From the NCBI GenBank assembly GCA_046593575.1, contig JBKJNQ010000152.1, positions 1-51,154 on the forward strand: DNA of 51,154 nucleotides, given 5' to 3'. The notes under the pieces are model-generated. The model ran no database searches. It was not told the origin of the DNA and saw nothing but the letters and a program-made list of their open reading frames with translations. This document shows, in pieces, positions 10,430 through 18,859 of this stretch. Position 1 is the stretch's first letter; the number at the start of each line of letters is the position of its first letter. A program made the translations under genes and the position numbers. The DNA comes from Bacteriovoracaceae bacterium (GTDB lineage Bacteria; Bdellovibrionota; Bacteriovoracia; Bacteriovoracales; Bacteriovoracaceae).

Positions 10430-10897
10430 TTATCTTGAAATTGGTACCACAGTTTCTAAGTATTCTTCCTGTCCGTACACATTGATAATTTTTTCGACGA
10501 GGATGATTCCGCCGGGAAGGATGGCTTTCACTTCAGCATTGTCTGGTCCTATGCGTGCCCCTTCCTTGATGACGATTACGGCACTCTTACCATCGCCACG
10601 TGTAACCATGGCCCTTCTTTCTTTACCGATCATCACGCCCACGACACGGATTTCATAGACGTTCCAGTCATTCATCGATTGTTGCTCGAGATTACTGTAG
10701 AGCCCTCCACCGCGACTAAATCGATTTCCACCCTGTCTCATCCGCTGACCTTTTGCCTGCGGAGATTTGAAAGGATCTCTTAATTCCAGCGGATTTTGAA
10801 TTCTGGTCTTGTCCTTGAAGAATTCATCAAGCGCACTGTTCGTAGGGGCAGCGAATGCCCCGAAGGAAATGAGAAAAAGTAGCAATGTGATCTTCAT
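10430..10897 (-). CDS. pilP: type IVa pilus assembly protein PilP
   Basis: LRDPF motif and a beta domain with ...EGARIG..., located between pilO and pilQ. No clear lipobox Cys. Confidence 0.8.
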   Translation of the reverse strand: MKITLLLFLISFGAFAAPTNSALDEFFKDKTRIQNPLELRDPFKSPQAKGQRMRQGGNRFSRGGGLYSNLEQQSMNDWNVYEIRVVGVMIGKERRAMVTRGDGKSAVIVIKEGARIGPDNAEVKAILPGGIILVEKIINVYGQEEYLETVVPISR

Positions 10898-10943
10898 ACC
10901 AGAATATTATCCAGTGATGTTTGATGGCTGTCCACTTATTGAT

Positions 10944-11537
10944 TTAAAAGCCGCGCTCAACCCGGAAACTGGGATTGAATCTGTAGGCCTGGATGATGGC
11001 CTCACTATTAACAATTTGAAAACGCCCTTTTCTGACACCGCCATTGGTTGTGAGCTTCAGGCTTTTGACGTTGTAAATTCTGGTAGCATTACCGATTCTC
11101 TCAAAGAAAATAAGGAATTGAAGGAAGGTTCCACTGGCCTTGATGGAATAGTCTTTCGAGATAAAGTAGGTACTCGATTCTTCTCCTCTGGGCTCCAGAG
11201 TAGTGTCTTTGATGTTCAGGACTTTCATTTCTGACTGGAAAGCCGAAAGAATCTGGGAGTCATTTGTTTCAGCAGGAAGCTGTTTCTGGATAGCTTCAAT
11301 GTTCTTCGCCACTTCTTCCACGCGGACTTTGTACTCGTCAGCTTTTTTCACGAAGTCATTGATCTCTTTGACTTTCACTTTAAGCTTAACAATATCTGCT
11401 TCGACAGTAGGAATTTCATTTTCAATTTCAGTCATTCGAGCCGCATGGACTTCGTAAAGCTCGTAAGTTGTCCAGCATCCCCAGAGAAACATAAAGACGT
11501 GAACGTTCGCGATGAGTTTATTGACTAATTCTTTCAC
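10944..11537 (-). CDS. pilO: type IVa pilus assembly protein PilO
   Basis: TM segment, coiled coil, KQLP, and GTFLQFLIFFERIGNATRIYNV. Confidence 0.88.
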   Translation of the reverse strand: MKELVNKLIANVHVFMFLWGCWTTYELYEVHAARMTEIENEIPTVEADIVKLKVKVKEINDFVKKADEYKVRVEEVAKNIEAIQKQLPAETNDSQILSAFQSEMKVLNIKDTTLEPRGEESSTYFISKDYSIKASGTFLQFLIFFERIGNATRIYNVKSLKLTTNGGVRKGRFQIVNSEAIIQAYRFNPSFRVERGF

Positions 11538-12133
11538 TGGTCAAACCTCGCGATGTTAAAGCGGACATCAAAGACCTCAATTCTGGTCTTATCTGGCTCT
11601 CTTACGTATTGCGACTGCTGACCGACATTGGCATCACGAATAAACACTGAGGAGCGAAGGCTTTGAACAAAGTTTCCAATACTGGTGTAATCGAGGGCTT
11701 CACCCTTGACGGTAAGTACATCGTTCTCAATCGTAAGATCTTTGATCCACATATCCGGTGGAGTATTTTTCGCAATATAGAGAAGAAGGGCCGAGGGATT
11801 TTTTTTGAAGGAAATGGCTTCTTTCACAGCAAGAAGCTTTTTCTCAAGAGCTTCTTCCTGCGCCTTAAGATCCTTAATCTGATTCTCGTAATTCTTGGCC
11901 TCATTCACTTTACGTTTGAGAGCTGCAACCTGAGTTTTCTTCTGATCGAGATCAGTCTGAAGATCTGTTTCCTGACCCAGCCACATAGGGGAAATGATAA
12001 AATCAGGAACATAAAGAAGAACGATAACAAGAAGTACGGCCTTGATCTTGAGGCGGGTAAAATCGAAACCGCCGATATTTGAGATATCGACCTGTTTCTT
12101 GGCGTTGGAAAGATTGATCTTAATCATCGACAC
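11534..12133 (-). CDS. pilN: type IVa pilus assembly protein PilN
   Basis: MIKINL N-terminus, TM segment, coiled coil, and PPDMWIK...VKGEA...IGNFVQSL. Confidence 0.88.
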   Translation of the reverse strand: MSMIKINLSNAKKQVDISNIGGFDFTRLKIKAVLLVIVLLYVPDFIISPMWLGQETDLQTDLDQKKTQVAALKRKVNEAKNYENQIKDLKAQEEALEKKLLAVKEAISFKKNPSALLLYIAKNTPPDMWIKDLTIENDVLTVKGEALDYTSIGNFVQSLRSSVFIRDANVGQQSQYVREPDKTRIEVFDVRFNIARFDQ

Positions 12134-13221
12134 TAGTTAACCTTCCTCATGGCAAGACCAATGACAACTGGAGAGATGGCCGCAAGCTGGTCGGCATTCT
12201 CTCCGAGTTTTTTGTTATTCAGCTTAAAAACACTGAGTACATCGAGACGCTGGACTTCGAGACCTGTGACGATTGAGAGCTTTTCAATAAGACCAGGCAG
12301 GAGTGATGTTCCGCCGGTAACAAAACAGTATTCTACTTTTTCAGCAGAACCCTGAGTAATATAAAAATTTATATTTTTTTTGATTTCGGAAACAATGCCT
12401 TCAATCTGTGAATTCACGATATTCAGAATTTCCTGAGGGAGATTTCCTCGGTCATCGACAGTTATCTTGAGATCTTCAGCTTCTTCGTAAGACACCCCCA
12501 TCTGTCGCTGAATTTCTTCAGTGACAAGACTTCCGCCAACCGCAACTTCCTTGGTAAAGATAGGGGCTCCACGCTTATACACTATGACTTTGGTACTTTG
12601 AGCACCAAGATCGAGAAGAAGAGTGCCTTGCGAATACTCATCAAGGTTGTCGCCAAATACTTCTTCCATGACATTGGCGAGGGCAAGCACGTTCAGATCA
12701 ACAACAGTAGCGGTGAGTTTTGCGTCTTTGCAGATATTTGTGAAGCTTTCAATAATTTCATTTTTGGCAGCAGCAACGATAGCGTCTTTACCGCCACCTT
12801 CGTTTTCTCCGACGATATGAAAGTCGATTTGGGAATCATCGGCACCGAAGGTGATGTACTGTTCAGCTTCCCAAAGAATATGATCTTCGATTTCTTCGCG
12901 TGAACCTTCAGGTACGTTGAGACGTTTCGTCATCGTGTTCGGTCCGAACAAACCGAGACAAACCTGACGTGAGCGTATTCCGGATTGTTTAAGTGCTTCG
13001 AGAACACCTTCAACTATTTCCGAAGGCTTTTGAATTTCGTCTTCAATGAGGGCAGCTTCTGAAAGAGTGAAAACACCGAAGCGCTCAATTTTAAACTTTC
13101 CAGGGCTACCGGAAAGTTCGCAAACTTTAATACTATGAGCGCCAATGTCGAGCCCAATGGTTGTACCGGGACTCAGTTTCCCCATTAACTCATCAATCTG
13201 GTCTTTGAGAGACTTGGCCAA
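12133..13221 (-). CDS. pilM: type IVa pilus assembly protein PilM (actin-like)
   Basis: IGLDIGAHSIK, LLDLGAQSTKV, VTGGTSLLPGL and IGLAMR. TTG start. Confidence 0.95.
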   Translation of the reverse strand: MAKSLKDQIDELMGKLSPGTTIGLDIGAHSIKVCELSGSPGKFKIERFGVFTLSEAALIEDEIQKPSEIVEGVLEALKQSGIRSRQVCLGLFGPNTMTKRLNVPEGSREEIEDHILWEAEQYITFGADDSQIDFHIVGENEGGGKDAIVAAAKNEIIESFTNICKDAKLTATVVDLNVLALANVMEEVFGDNLDEYSQGTLLLDLGAQSTKVIVYKRGAPIFTKEVAVGGSLVTEEIQRQMGVSYEEAEDLKITVDDRGNLPQEILNIVNSQIEGIVSEIKKNINFYITQGSAEKVEYCFVTGGTSLLPGLIEKLSIVTGLEVQRLDVLSVFKLNNKKLGENADQLAAISPVVIGLAMRKVN

Positions 13222-13255
13222 AGCATTTTTCCTGGTGCTGTAATAACTTTAATTC

Positions 13256-13285
13256 ATTATAGGCAGAGTAACTTGTAGATATCAA
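13256..13285 (-). promoter_or_regulatory. sigma70 promoter for pilMNOPQ
   Basis: TTGATA-N18-TATAAT on the minus strand, 35 bp upstream of the pilM start. Confidence 0.6.
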
Positions 13286-13309
13286 GCGCTTTGGGGCAGG
13301 TCGCCAAGT

Positions 13310-14080
13310 TTAGAAGATCCACGCCTGTAATTGATGGGCCCATTCGGGAAAGTAAATCTGGAAAGACGCTACGATAAGAATGGAAGGTCCGAACGGAAGT
13401 GGCTTCTCTTTGGTAGTTTTCCCTAGGGAAATAAGAATAATTCCGACTAATGCACCAACAAAGCAACTGAGAAAGATATTGAAGACAACTCCCATGGGAC
13501 CAAGAAGAACTCCCAAAATTCCATAAAGTTTAATATCTCCGCCACCAAGTCCGATCTGGCCTCGAATCTTGTAGAATAGCCATGTCACCAGAAGTGTTCC
13601 TCCGAAACCGATAGCGCCGCCGATTGCCCAGAATGACCAGTGAGAAGTGAAGAAAGCAAAAGGAAGTACGACTGCCAAAAGATAAAGATTCAGGGAATCG
13701 AGGAGTAATTGATGATCAAGATCAATGAAGAAGTGGCAGATAAAAATACATGCAACGGTAAAATGGAAAGCATAGAAAGCAAGACTGAGTTCGCTCCAGT
13801 CACCAGGAAACAGCCAAAGTGCAATCAGTCCGGTGAGAATTTCAATGAGAGGATATCGCCAGGAGATTCTTGCTCCACAAAAGCCGCACTTTCCCCTCAG
13901 GAATAAGAAACTGAAGACCGGGATATTGTGATACCACTTCAGTTGAGTGTCACACTTTGGACATGAGGATCTTTTTTTGACGAGATCCTTACTTTGAGGA
14001 AGTCGTATGATCACGACATTGAGAAAGCTCCCAATAAGAAGTCCGGCAACGAAAGCGTAAATTTGATAAAGCTCTTTCAA
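13310..14080 (-). CDS. pilD: prepilin peptidase/N-methyltransferase
   Basis: GSFLNVVIIRLP, RSSCPKC...GKCGFC zinc motifs, FFIDLDH, GGGDIKL and PFGP. Confidence 0.96.
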   Translation of the reverse strand: MKELYQIYAFVAGLLIGSFLNVVIIRLPQSKDLVKKRSSCPKCDTQLKWYHNIPVFSFLFLRGKCGFCGARISWRYPLIEILTGLIALWLFPGDWSELSLAFYAFHFTVACIFICHFFIDLDHQLLLDSLNLYLLAVVLPFAFFTSHWSFWAIGGAIGFGGTLLVTWLFYKIRGQIGLGGGDIKLYGILGVLLGPMGVVFNIFLSCFVGALVGIILISLGKTTKEKPLPFGPSILIVASFQIYFPEWAHQLQAWIF

Positions 14081-14850
14081 TCTATGTTTTTCCGTTGAAA
14101 GAGAAAGACCACGACGAGGAGGAGAAACCCTGAGTAAAGGATTGCATAAAGAAAATTACCTGCCAGATAGGAAAAAGGTAATTCATTTTTATAGATCACA
14201 AAATCCTTAAGATTCAACTTATAAAAAGCTGGCAGCACAAAGTGATAGGCCTCAAGGATCTTCACGACCAAAGCATTCGACTTAACAAAAGAAATTTCCT
14301 GAGTGTCCTTGATAACATGACCGAGGAGGAGAAGAACCAGAGAAAAAAGCACTGAGAGGATGTTGTTGGCCAAAAGAGAGAGTAGGACAACAACAAGAAG
14401 TAGCATCAGGGATTCAAGAAAAATGAAAACAATCGCCCAGAGAATCAGACCATTTATTGACCCACCAAGGAACATAGTTGCCGTCATAGTCATGAGCGAG
14501 AGGATGATGACGTTGACTGCCTGAATACCCATCAGTCCAATAAGCTTTCCGAGGATAAAAGAATATCTTGGAACTGGCCGGGATATGACCATGTAAACCG
14601 TACGGGATTCGATTTCCTTGGAGAGAAGTCCTACACCAAGAAACAACGATATTGCCAGTGAAGAGAGTGAAAGCATGCCCAGTCCAAAGTCCAGCGCTAC
14701 CCTCTCCGGTACTCCGTAAGTAAACTCGGTCGCGACGTAAGTTACTACCATGAGACCGATACCAACGAAAAATACGTTCAAAAGAATCTTACTCTTCCAG
14801 ATTTCCTTAAAAGTATAATACGAGATCGTCAGTGTCTTATTGAGGGTCAT
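14077..14850 (-). CDS. pilI: ABC transporter permease, Myxococcus-type PilI
   Basis: Multi-TM protein with DFGLG and SKEIESRTVYMVISRPVPR...GKLIG, between pilH and pilD. Start set at ATG 14850. Confidence 0.8.
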   Translation of the reverse strand: MTLNKTLTISYYTFKEIWKSKILLNVFFVGIGLMVVTYVATEFTYGVPERVALDFGLGMLSLSSLAISLFLGVGLLSKEIESRTVYMVISRPVPRYSFILGKLIGLMGIQAVNVIILSLMTMTATMFLGGSINGLILWAIVFIFLESLMLLLVVVLLSLLANNILSVLFSLVLLLLGHVIKDTQEISFVKSNALVVKILEAYHFVLPAFYKLNLKDFVIYKNELPFSYLAGNFLYAILYSGFLLLVVVFLFQRKNID

Positions 14851-15760
14851 GAGTTCCACGCGTGTTATAGAAAATTTCTTCAAGACTCGGCTTTAACATT
14901 TCCAGGGAGATGATTGTTTTCCGGTTTGTTACAAGATGATTAAGAAGTGCATCTTTATTATCTGGTGAGACAGTAAAACGGGTAAGCGCTTCAGGAAGGT
15001 CGAGACGTTCTTTAAGATGGATCGCTGATGGTATTTCGCCAGGAGCAACAACCGTCATGATGAAATCCTGAACTTTCGCCTGCTTCATAAGAGCACTAAC
15101 AGAGCCGTCATAGGCAAGATTCCCATTTTTCAGGAAAATCACTCGGTCACAAATCTCTTCAACGTCCGGAACAATATGACTGGAAAAGAAAACCGTCTTA
15201 CCTGCTTTGTGAACTTCAACGATGACATCTTTTAACTCTTTTCGTCCGATAGGATCAAGGCCAGAAAGAGGTTCATCAAGAATGATAATTTTTGGTTCGT
15301 GAAGAATGGTTGCAAGAAATCCGATTCGCTGGAGCATACCTTTCGAATAGGTTTTGAGTTCCCTGCCAAGAGCATGATCTATCTTAAAGCGCGGGGCCCA
15401 ATAACGAATTCGCTCTTCAATAGTCCTGCTATCAAGATCTGTGAGTTTCCCCATGAATCCAAGAAACTCATTACCTGTAAGATTTTGGTAAAAGTAAGGC
15501 CTCTCGGGAAGAAAACCAATATTACGGAAAACTTCCTGGCGATTGTCCCCGAGGGCGGATGAGAAATGAACTTCGCCAGAAGTAGGACGGATAAAATCCA
15601 TGATGATTTTCAAGGAGGTCGTTTTTCCCGCTCCATTGGCCCCGAGAAAACCCACCATCGCTCCTTCAGGCACTTCGAAAGAAACGTTCGAAAGGGCCGT
15701 GAAAGGTTGACCTAATAACTCTGAACGAAAAATTTTCGTTATGTCTTTGAAATGGATCAT
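14837..15760 (-). CDS. pilH: ABC transporter ATP-binding protein, Myxococcus-type PilH
   Basis: GANGAGKTT, YSKGMLQR, LDEPLSGLDPIGR and SSHI motifs, in a pilus-locus context. Confidence 0.85.
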   Translation of the reverse strand: MIHFKDITKIFRSELLGQPFTALSNVSFEVPEGAMVGFLGANGAGKTTSLKIIMDFIRPTSGEVHFSSALGDNRQEVFRNIGFLPERPYFYQNLTGNEFLGFMGKLTDLDSRTIEERIRYWAPRFKIDHALGRELKTYSKGMLQRIGFLATILHEPKIIILDEPLSGLDPIGRKELKDVIVEVHKAGKTVFFSSHIVPDVEEICDRVIFLKNGNLAYDGSVSALMKQAKVQDFIMTVVAPGEIPSAIHLKERLDLPEALTRFTVSPDNKDALLNHLVTNRKTIISLEMLKPSLEEIFYNTRGTHDPQ

Positions 15761-15772
15761 AATAATGATGGT

Positions 15773-16630
15773 ATGGATTCAATGATGAGAAGCAAACTTT
15801 TTTTTAGGGATTCGCTCCTTCTCTGGGTCGCCGGGATTTTTTTTCTGGCAGCCGGAGTTCTCAATCAAGCTACACCAAAACCTGTCCCGAATCTCTCCAA
15901 GCAAGATACTGCTGTAAATATTAATAAGGATATCCTGATTTTTCTCTCGGCGGGGAACAGACGCTTTTTGACTGACCTCTTATGGGTTCAAACCCTACTC
16001 GAGTCCGATATGGAACACTATGCGGGCAAGGATTTGAATAACTGGATCTACATCCGATTCAATACGATCGCTTCACTTGATCCCTATTTCTATCAGAACT
16101 ATCTCTGGGGCGGGCAGTACCTTTCGATTGTAAAAGACGATCTGCTTGGGGCCGTGAATATAATGGAGAGAGGCATCCGATATTTTCCAGATGATTATCG
16201 ACTGAATTACAACCTGGGCTTTACCTATTACTTTGAGTTGGGCGATTACAAACGCGGCGTCGTTTACATGGAAAAAATCCAGAATCATCCCAAGGCACCG
16301 GTTTTTATTCCCTCATTGGTGATGAAGATGAAAACTGAATTGGGGTTTGATTACAATGTCGTGCTTTCGTTAATCTATGAGCTCATGACATCAACTAAAG
16401 ATGAAGCATTGAAGGAAAAACTTACTTCCGATTTTCATTCACTGAAGTCTGAACGTGATCTGATTTGCCTGAATGGTGGAAAAGATAATTGCGAAAAAAG
16501 CGATGCTTTTGGAATTCCGTACGTAAAGATAAATGGGAGATTTCATTCACAAACACCTTTCATCCCTTATCGTCTTAAGAAAAAAGGTGATAATAAATTC
16601 ACTAAGCCAGTCACAACCATCGATCCATAG
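15773..16630 (+). CDS. pilG: Myxococcus-type PilG (TPR-like accessory protein of the PilHI transporter), inverted relative to the cluster
   Basis: TM anchor, then TDLLW...SLDPYFYQNYLWGG...MERGIRYFPDDYRLNYNLGFTYYFELGD...PKAP, a pattern typical of deltaproteobacterial PilG. Start uncertain (15773, 15782 or 15785). Confidence 0.7.
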   Translation: MDSMMRSKLFFRDSLLLWVAGIFFLAAGVLNQATPKPVPNLSKQDTAVNINKDILIFLSAGNRRFLTDLLWVQTLLESDMEHYAGKDLNNWIYIRFNTIASLDPYFYQNYLWGGQYLSIVKDDLLGAVNIMERGIRYFPDDYRLNYNLGFTYYFELGDYKRGVVYMEKIQNHPKAPVFIPSLVMKMKTELGFDYNVVLSLIYELMTSTKDEALKEKLTSDFHSLKSERDLICLNGGKDNCEKSDAFGIPYVKINGRFHSQTPFIPYRLKKKGDNKFTKPVTTIDP

Positions 16631-16634
16631 TAAT

Positions 16635-17243
16635 TCAAAATCCGTTTTGTACGGTAGAAATTCTCTTGAACTGATTTATTGTAAAGTACGAAGCTGCCAG
16701 ACCGGTGTTGTTCGCAGTGTACGCCTTGTGAACAATACCAGCAGCACCGGCGAGATAGTTCATCGTACCAGTATCGGCCTGTGTACCGTTTGCTGTTGTC
16801 GCTAGAAAAGCGGCAGTCGCAATTTGAGCACCGAGAGCTTTAGCAGCGAGGAAGTGAGTTGAACCGTTACCGGTAGTAAAGGCTGAAGGACACTGAGTTG
16901 TGTTGATACCTGCGTTGGTAGCAGAGGCATAAGCTGTGGCGTCGATGTTCGATCCAGAGTTAAACCCAGTTGTGTAGTAACGAGAGTTCGCTTCTTCAGC
17001 AGGGTTGTAACCCATGTAGTTCAGACAAGTGGCGTAGATGTTGTAGTCAGCAAAAAACGAAGCTTCTGCAGTGTAGATAGCAGAGAGTTGAAGTTTTGCT
17101 TCAGCAGTTTTAGAGCGGGCCTGGTACTTCTGGAAGTTAGGAATCGCAACCGCAGAAAGAAGACCTATAATCGCAACAACGACCATGAGCTCGACGAGGG
17201 TAAACCCGTTCTGACTCCTGAGACTCAATGGAAAAGCTTTCAT
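16635..17243 (-). CDS. pilA: type IVa pilin, near-identical second copy of the major pilin
   Basis: Class III signal QNG|[16 protein letters not shown]. The mature part differs from 17998..18606 at 11 of 189 aa. Confidence 0.9.
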   Translation of the reverse strand: MKAFPLSLRSQNGFTLVELMVVVAIIGLLSAVAIPNFQKYQARSKTAEAKLQLSAIYTAEASFFADYNIYATCLNYMGYNPAEEANSRYYTTGFNSGSNIDATAYASATNAGINTTQCPSAFTTGNGSTHFLAAKALGAQIATAAFLATTANGTQADTGTMNYLAGAAGIVHKAYTANNTGLAASYFTINQFKRISTVQNGF

Positions 17244-17378
17244 GATGAATCCCTTAAATACTTGTTGCGTCTCGAGACTTGGGGGGTGGCCTTATCTTAA
17301 AGCTAAATTAAGAACCTTTTAAAAGTAAATTGTCGCCAAACGTTGACAAGGTTTTTATTTCAGGAGTTTCGATCGAAA

Positions 17379-17996
17379 TTAATAACCAGTGCGGATGTTG
17401 GAAATTTTTTTTAATTCATTGATAGTGAACGCTGACGAATCCGTAGCCGCGGAAAAGGACTTATGGATAATTCCTCCTGCACCGGCCGTATAAGTCATCT
17501 GTGTGAGCGACTGATCACCGAGAGAGGTTGCAGGGATGTGTGCTGAAGTAGCGATCATCTGTCCAACTCCAGTACCTGCATTAAAGTACGTTACATCAGC
17601 CGTGGGTGGCAGATTGGCCGTGCAATCTGTATCTTTAAGATCGAGATTCACTGCCGCTGTATACGCCAATGGATTGATAGCTGCGGTCGATACGAACCCC
17701 ACAGAATAAAAACGTGAGCTTTTAAATTCGACGGGGTCGTACCCCATGTAGAGCAGGCAATTGTGATAGATCTGATAGTGACCATAAAAAGATGCTTCCG
17801 CTGTGTAGATCGCAGCGAGCTGAAGTTTTGCCTCGGTTGTTTTCGAGCGGGCCTGAAACTTTTGGAAGTTCGGAATAGCAATTGATGAGAGAAGGCCAAT
17901 GATCGCAACTACTATCATCAGCTCGACAAGTGAAAAGCCTTGAGACTTGCTAGAAATAAAAAAGGGAGCCCCTAAGGCTCCCTTTTGTGAGTTCAT
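17379..17996 (-). CDS. divergent type IVa pilin (205 aa)
   Basis: MNSQKGALGAPFFISSKSQG|[16 protein letters not shown]. The ATG lies 1 nt after the upstream pilin's TAA. It has the same two-Cys layout as the other pilins. Confidence 0.85.
   Translation of the reverse strand: MNSQKGALGAPFFISSKSQGFSLVELMIVVAIIGLLSSIAIPNFQKFQARSKTTEAKLQLAAIYTAEASFYGHYQIYHNCLLYMGYDPVEFKSSRFYSVGFVSTAAINPLAYTAAVNLDLKDTDCTANLPPTADVTYFNAGTGVGQMIATSAHIPATSLGDQSLTQMTYTAGAGGIIHKSFSAATDSSAFTINELKKISNIRTGY
17954..17986 (-). terminator. intrinsic terminator of the major pilin gene, inside the next pilin's leader codons
   Basis: Perfect 11-bp inverted repeat AAAAGGGAGCC-ttagg-GGCTCCCTTTT followed by TTATTT on the minus strand, starting 11 nt after the pilA stop. 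Confidence 0.85.
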
Positions 17997-17997
17997 T

Positions 17998-18606
17998 TTA
18001 GAATCCGTTTTGAACAGTAAAGATTCTTTTGTTTTGATCGATGGTGAAATAAGAGGCAGCCAAACCTGAGTTGTTAGCTGTGTATGATTTGTGAACAATA
18101 CCAGCAGCACCAGCGAGATAAGTCATCGTACCAGTATCGGCCTGTGAACCGTTGGCAGTTGTCGCAAGAAAAGCGGCAGTCGCAATTTGAGCACCGAGAG
18201 CTTTCGCAGCGAGGAAGTGAGTAGAACCGTTACCGGTAGTAAAGGCTGCTGGACACTGAGTGATGTTGATACCTGCGTTGGTAGCAGAGGCATAAGCTGT
18301 GGCGTCGATGGCGGTTCCCGAGTTAAACCCAGTTGTGTAGTAACGAGAGTTCGCTTCTTCAGCAGGGTTGTAACCCATGTAGTTCAAACAAGTGGCGTAG
18401 ATGTTGTAGTCAGCAAAAAACGAAGCTTCTGCAGTGTAGATAGCAGAAAGTTGAAGTTTTGCTTCAGCAGTTTTTGAGCGGGCCTGGTACTTCTGGAAGT
18501 TAGGAATCGCAACCGCAGAAAGAAGACCAATAATCGCAACAACGACCATGAGCTCGACGAGCGTAAACCCGTCTTGACGCTTAAGCGTCTTGAGGAACGT
18601 TTTCAT
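17998..18606 (-). CDS. pilA: major type IVa pilin
   Basis: [13 protein letters not shown]|FTLVELM, a strong AAGGAG SD, a 253-bp upstream regulatory gap and a terminator directly downstream. Confidence 0.93.
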   Translation of the reverse strand: MKTFLKTLKRQDGFTLVELMVVVAIIGLLSAVAIPNFQKYQARSKTAEAKLQLSAIYTAEASFFADYNIYATCLNYMGYNPAEEANSRYYTTGFNSGTAIDATAYASATNAGINITQCPAAFTTGNGSTHFLAAKALGAQIATAAFLATTANGSQADTGTMTYLAGAAGIVHKSYTANNSGLAASYFTIDQNKRIFTVQNGF

Positions 18607-18859
18607 TTTTTACTCCTTGATGATGAACATTAAGAGGTCATCATTTTGTTTATGATCTGCTTTCTTTCACTAGATATTAAGAATCTCGTGAAGGTCTGCA
18701 TCTCAGTTAATATTTTACGTCTTATTCAAAGTTTCTTAAAAAAATCGTATCAAATACTTTAAATTTAGCATCAATCGGCAACTTATGCCGGAAATCTTGG
18801 GCGCGGGCCCCAGGAAATTAACTTTTTGCCCCTACAGCGCCCGTTTTTCTTGGCACTTA

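Larger units (their letters stand above)
16635..18570. repeat. direct repeat of about 570 bp (16635-17207 and 17998-18570; offset 1363 bp), the duplicated mature pilin coding sequence
   Basis: By eye, 5 mismatches over the ~250 nt encoding the N-terminal half, and more toward the C-terminus. Similarity is lost in the leader codons and after the stop. Confidence 0.9.

Noticed and set aside
15752-16630. pilG as a recombinase-driven invertible phase switch
   Set aside because: Only 7-bp inverted matches (TATGGAT/ATCCATA) flank it, which is expected by chance. No recombinase is in the window.
17997-18110. 38-aa N-terminal extension of the middle pilin in the ORF track (243 aa)
   Set aside because: It overlaps pilA in another frame. 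ATG 17996 gives a normal class III leader.
17244-18859. sigma54 promoters for the pilins
   Set aside because: The candidate GG...GC pairs have 8- or 11-nt spacing rather than the required 10.
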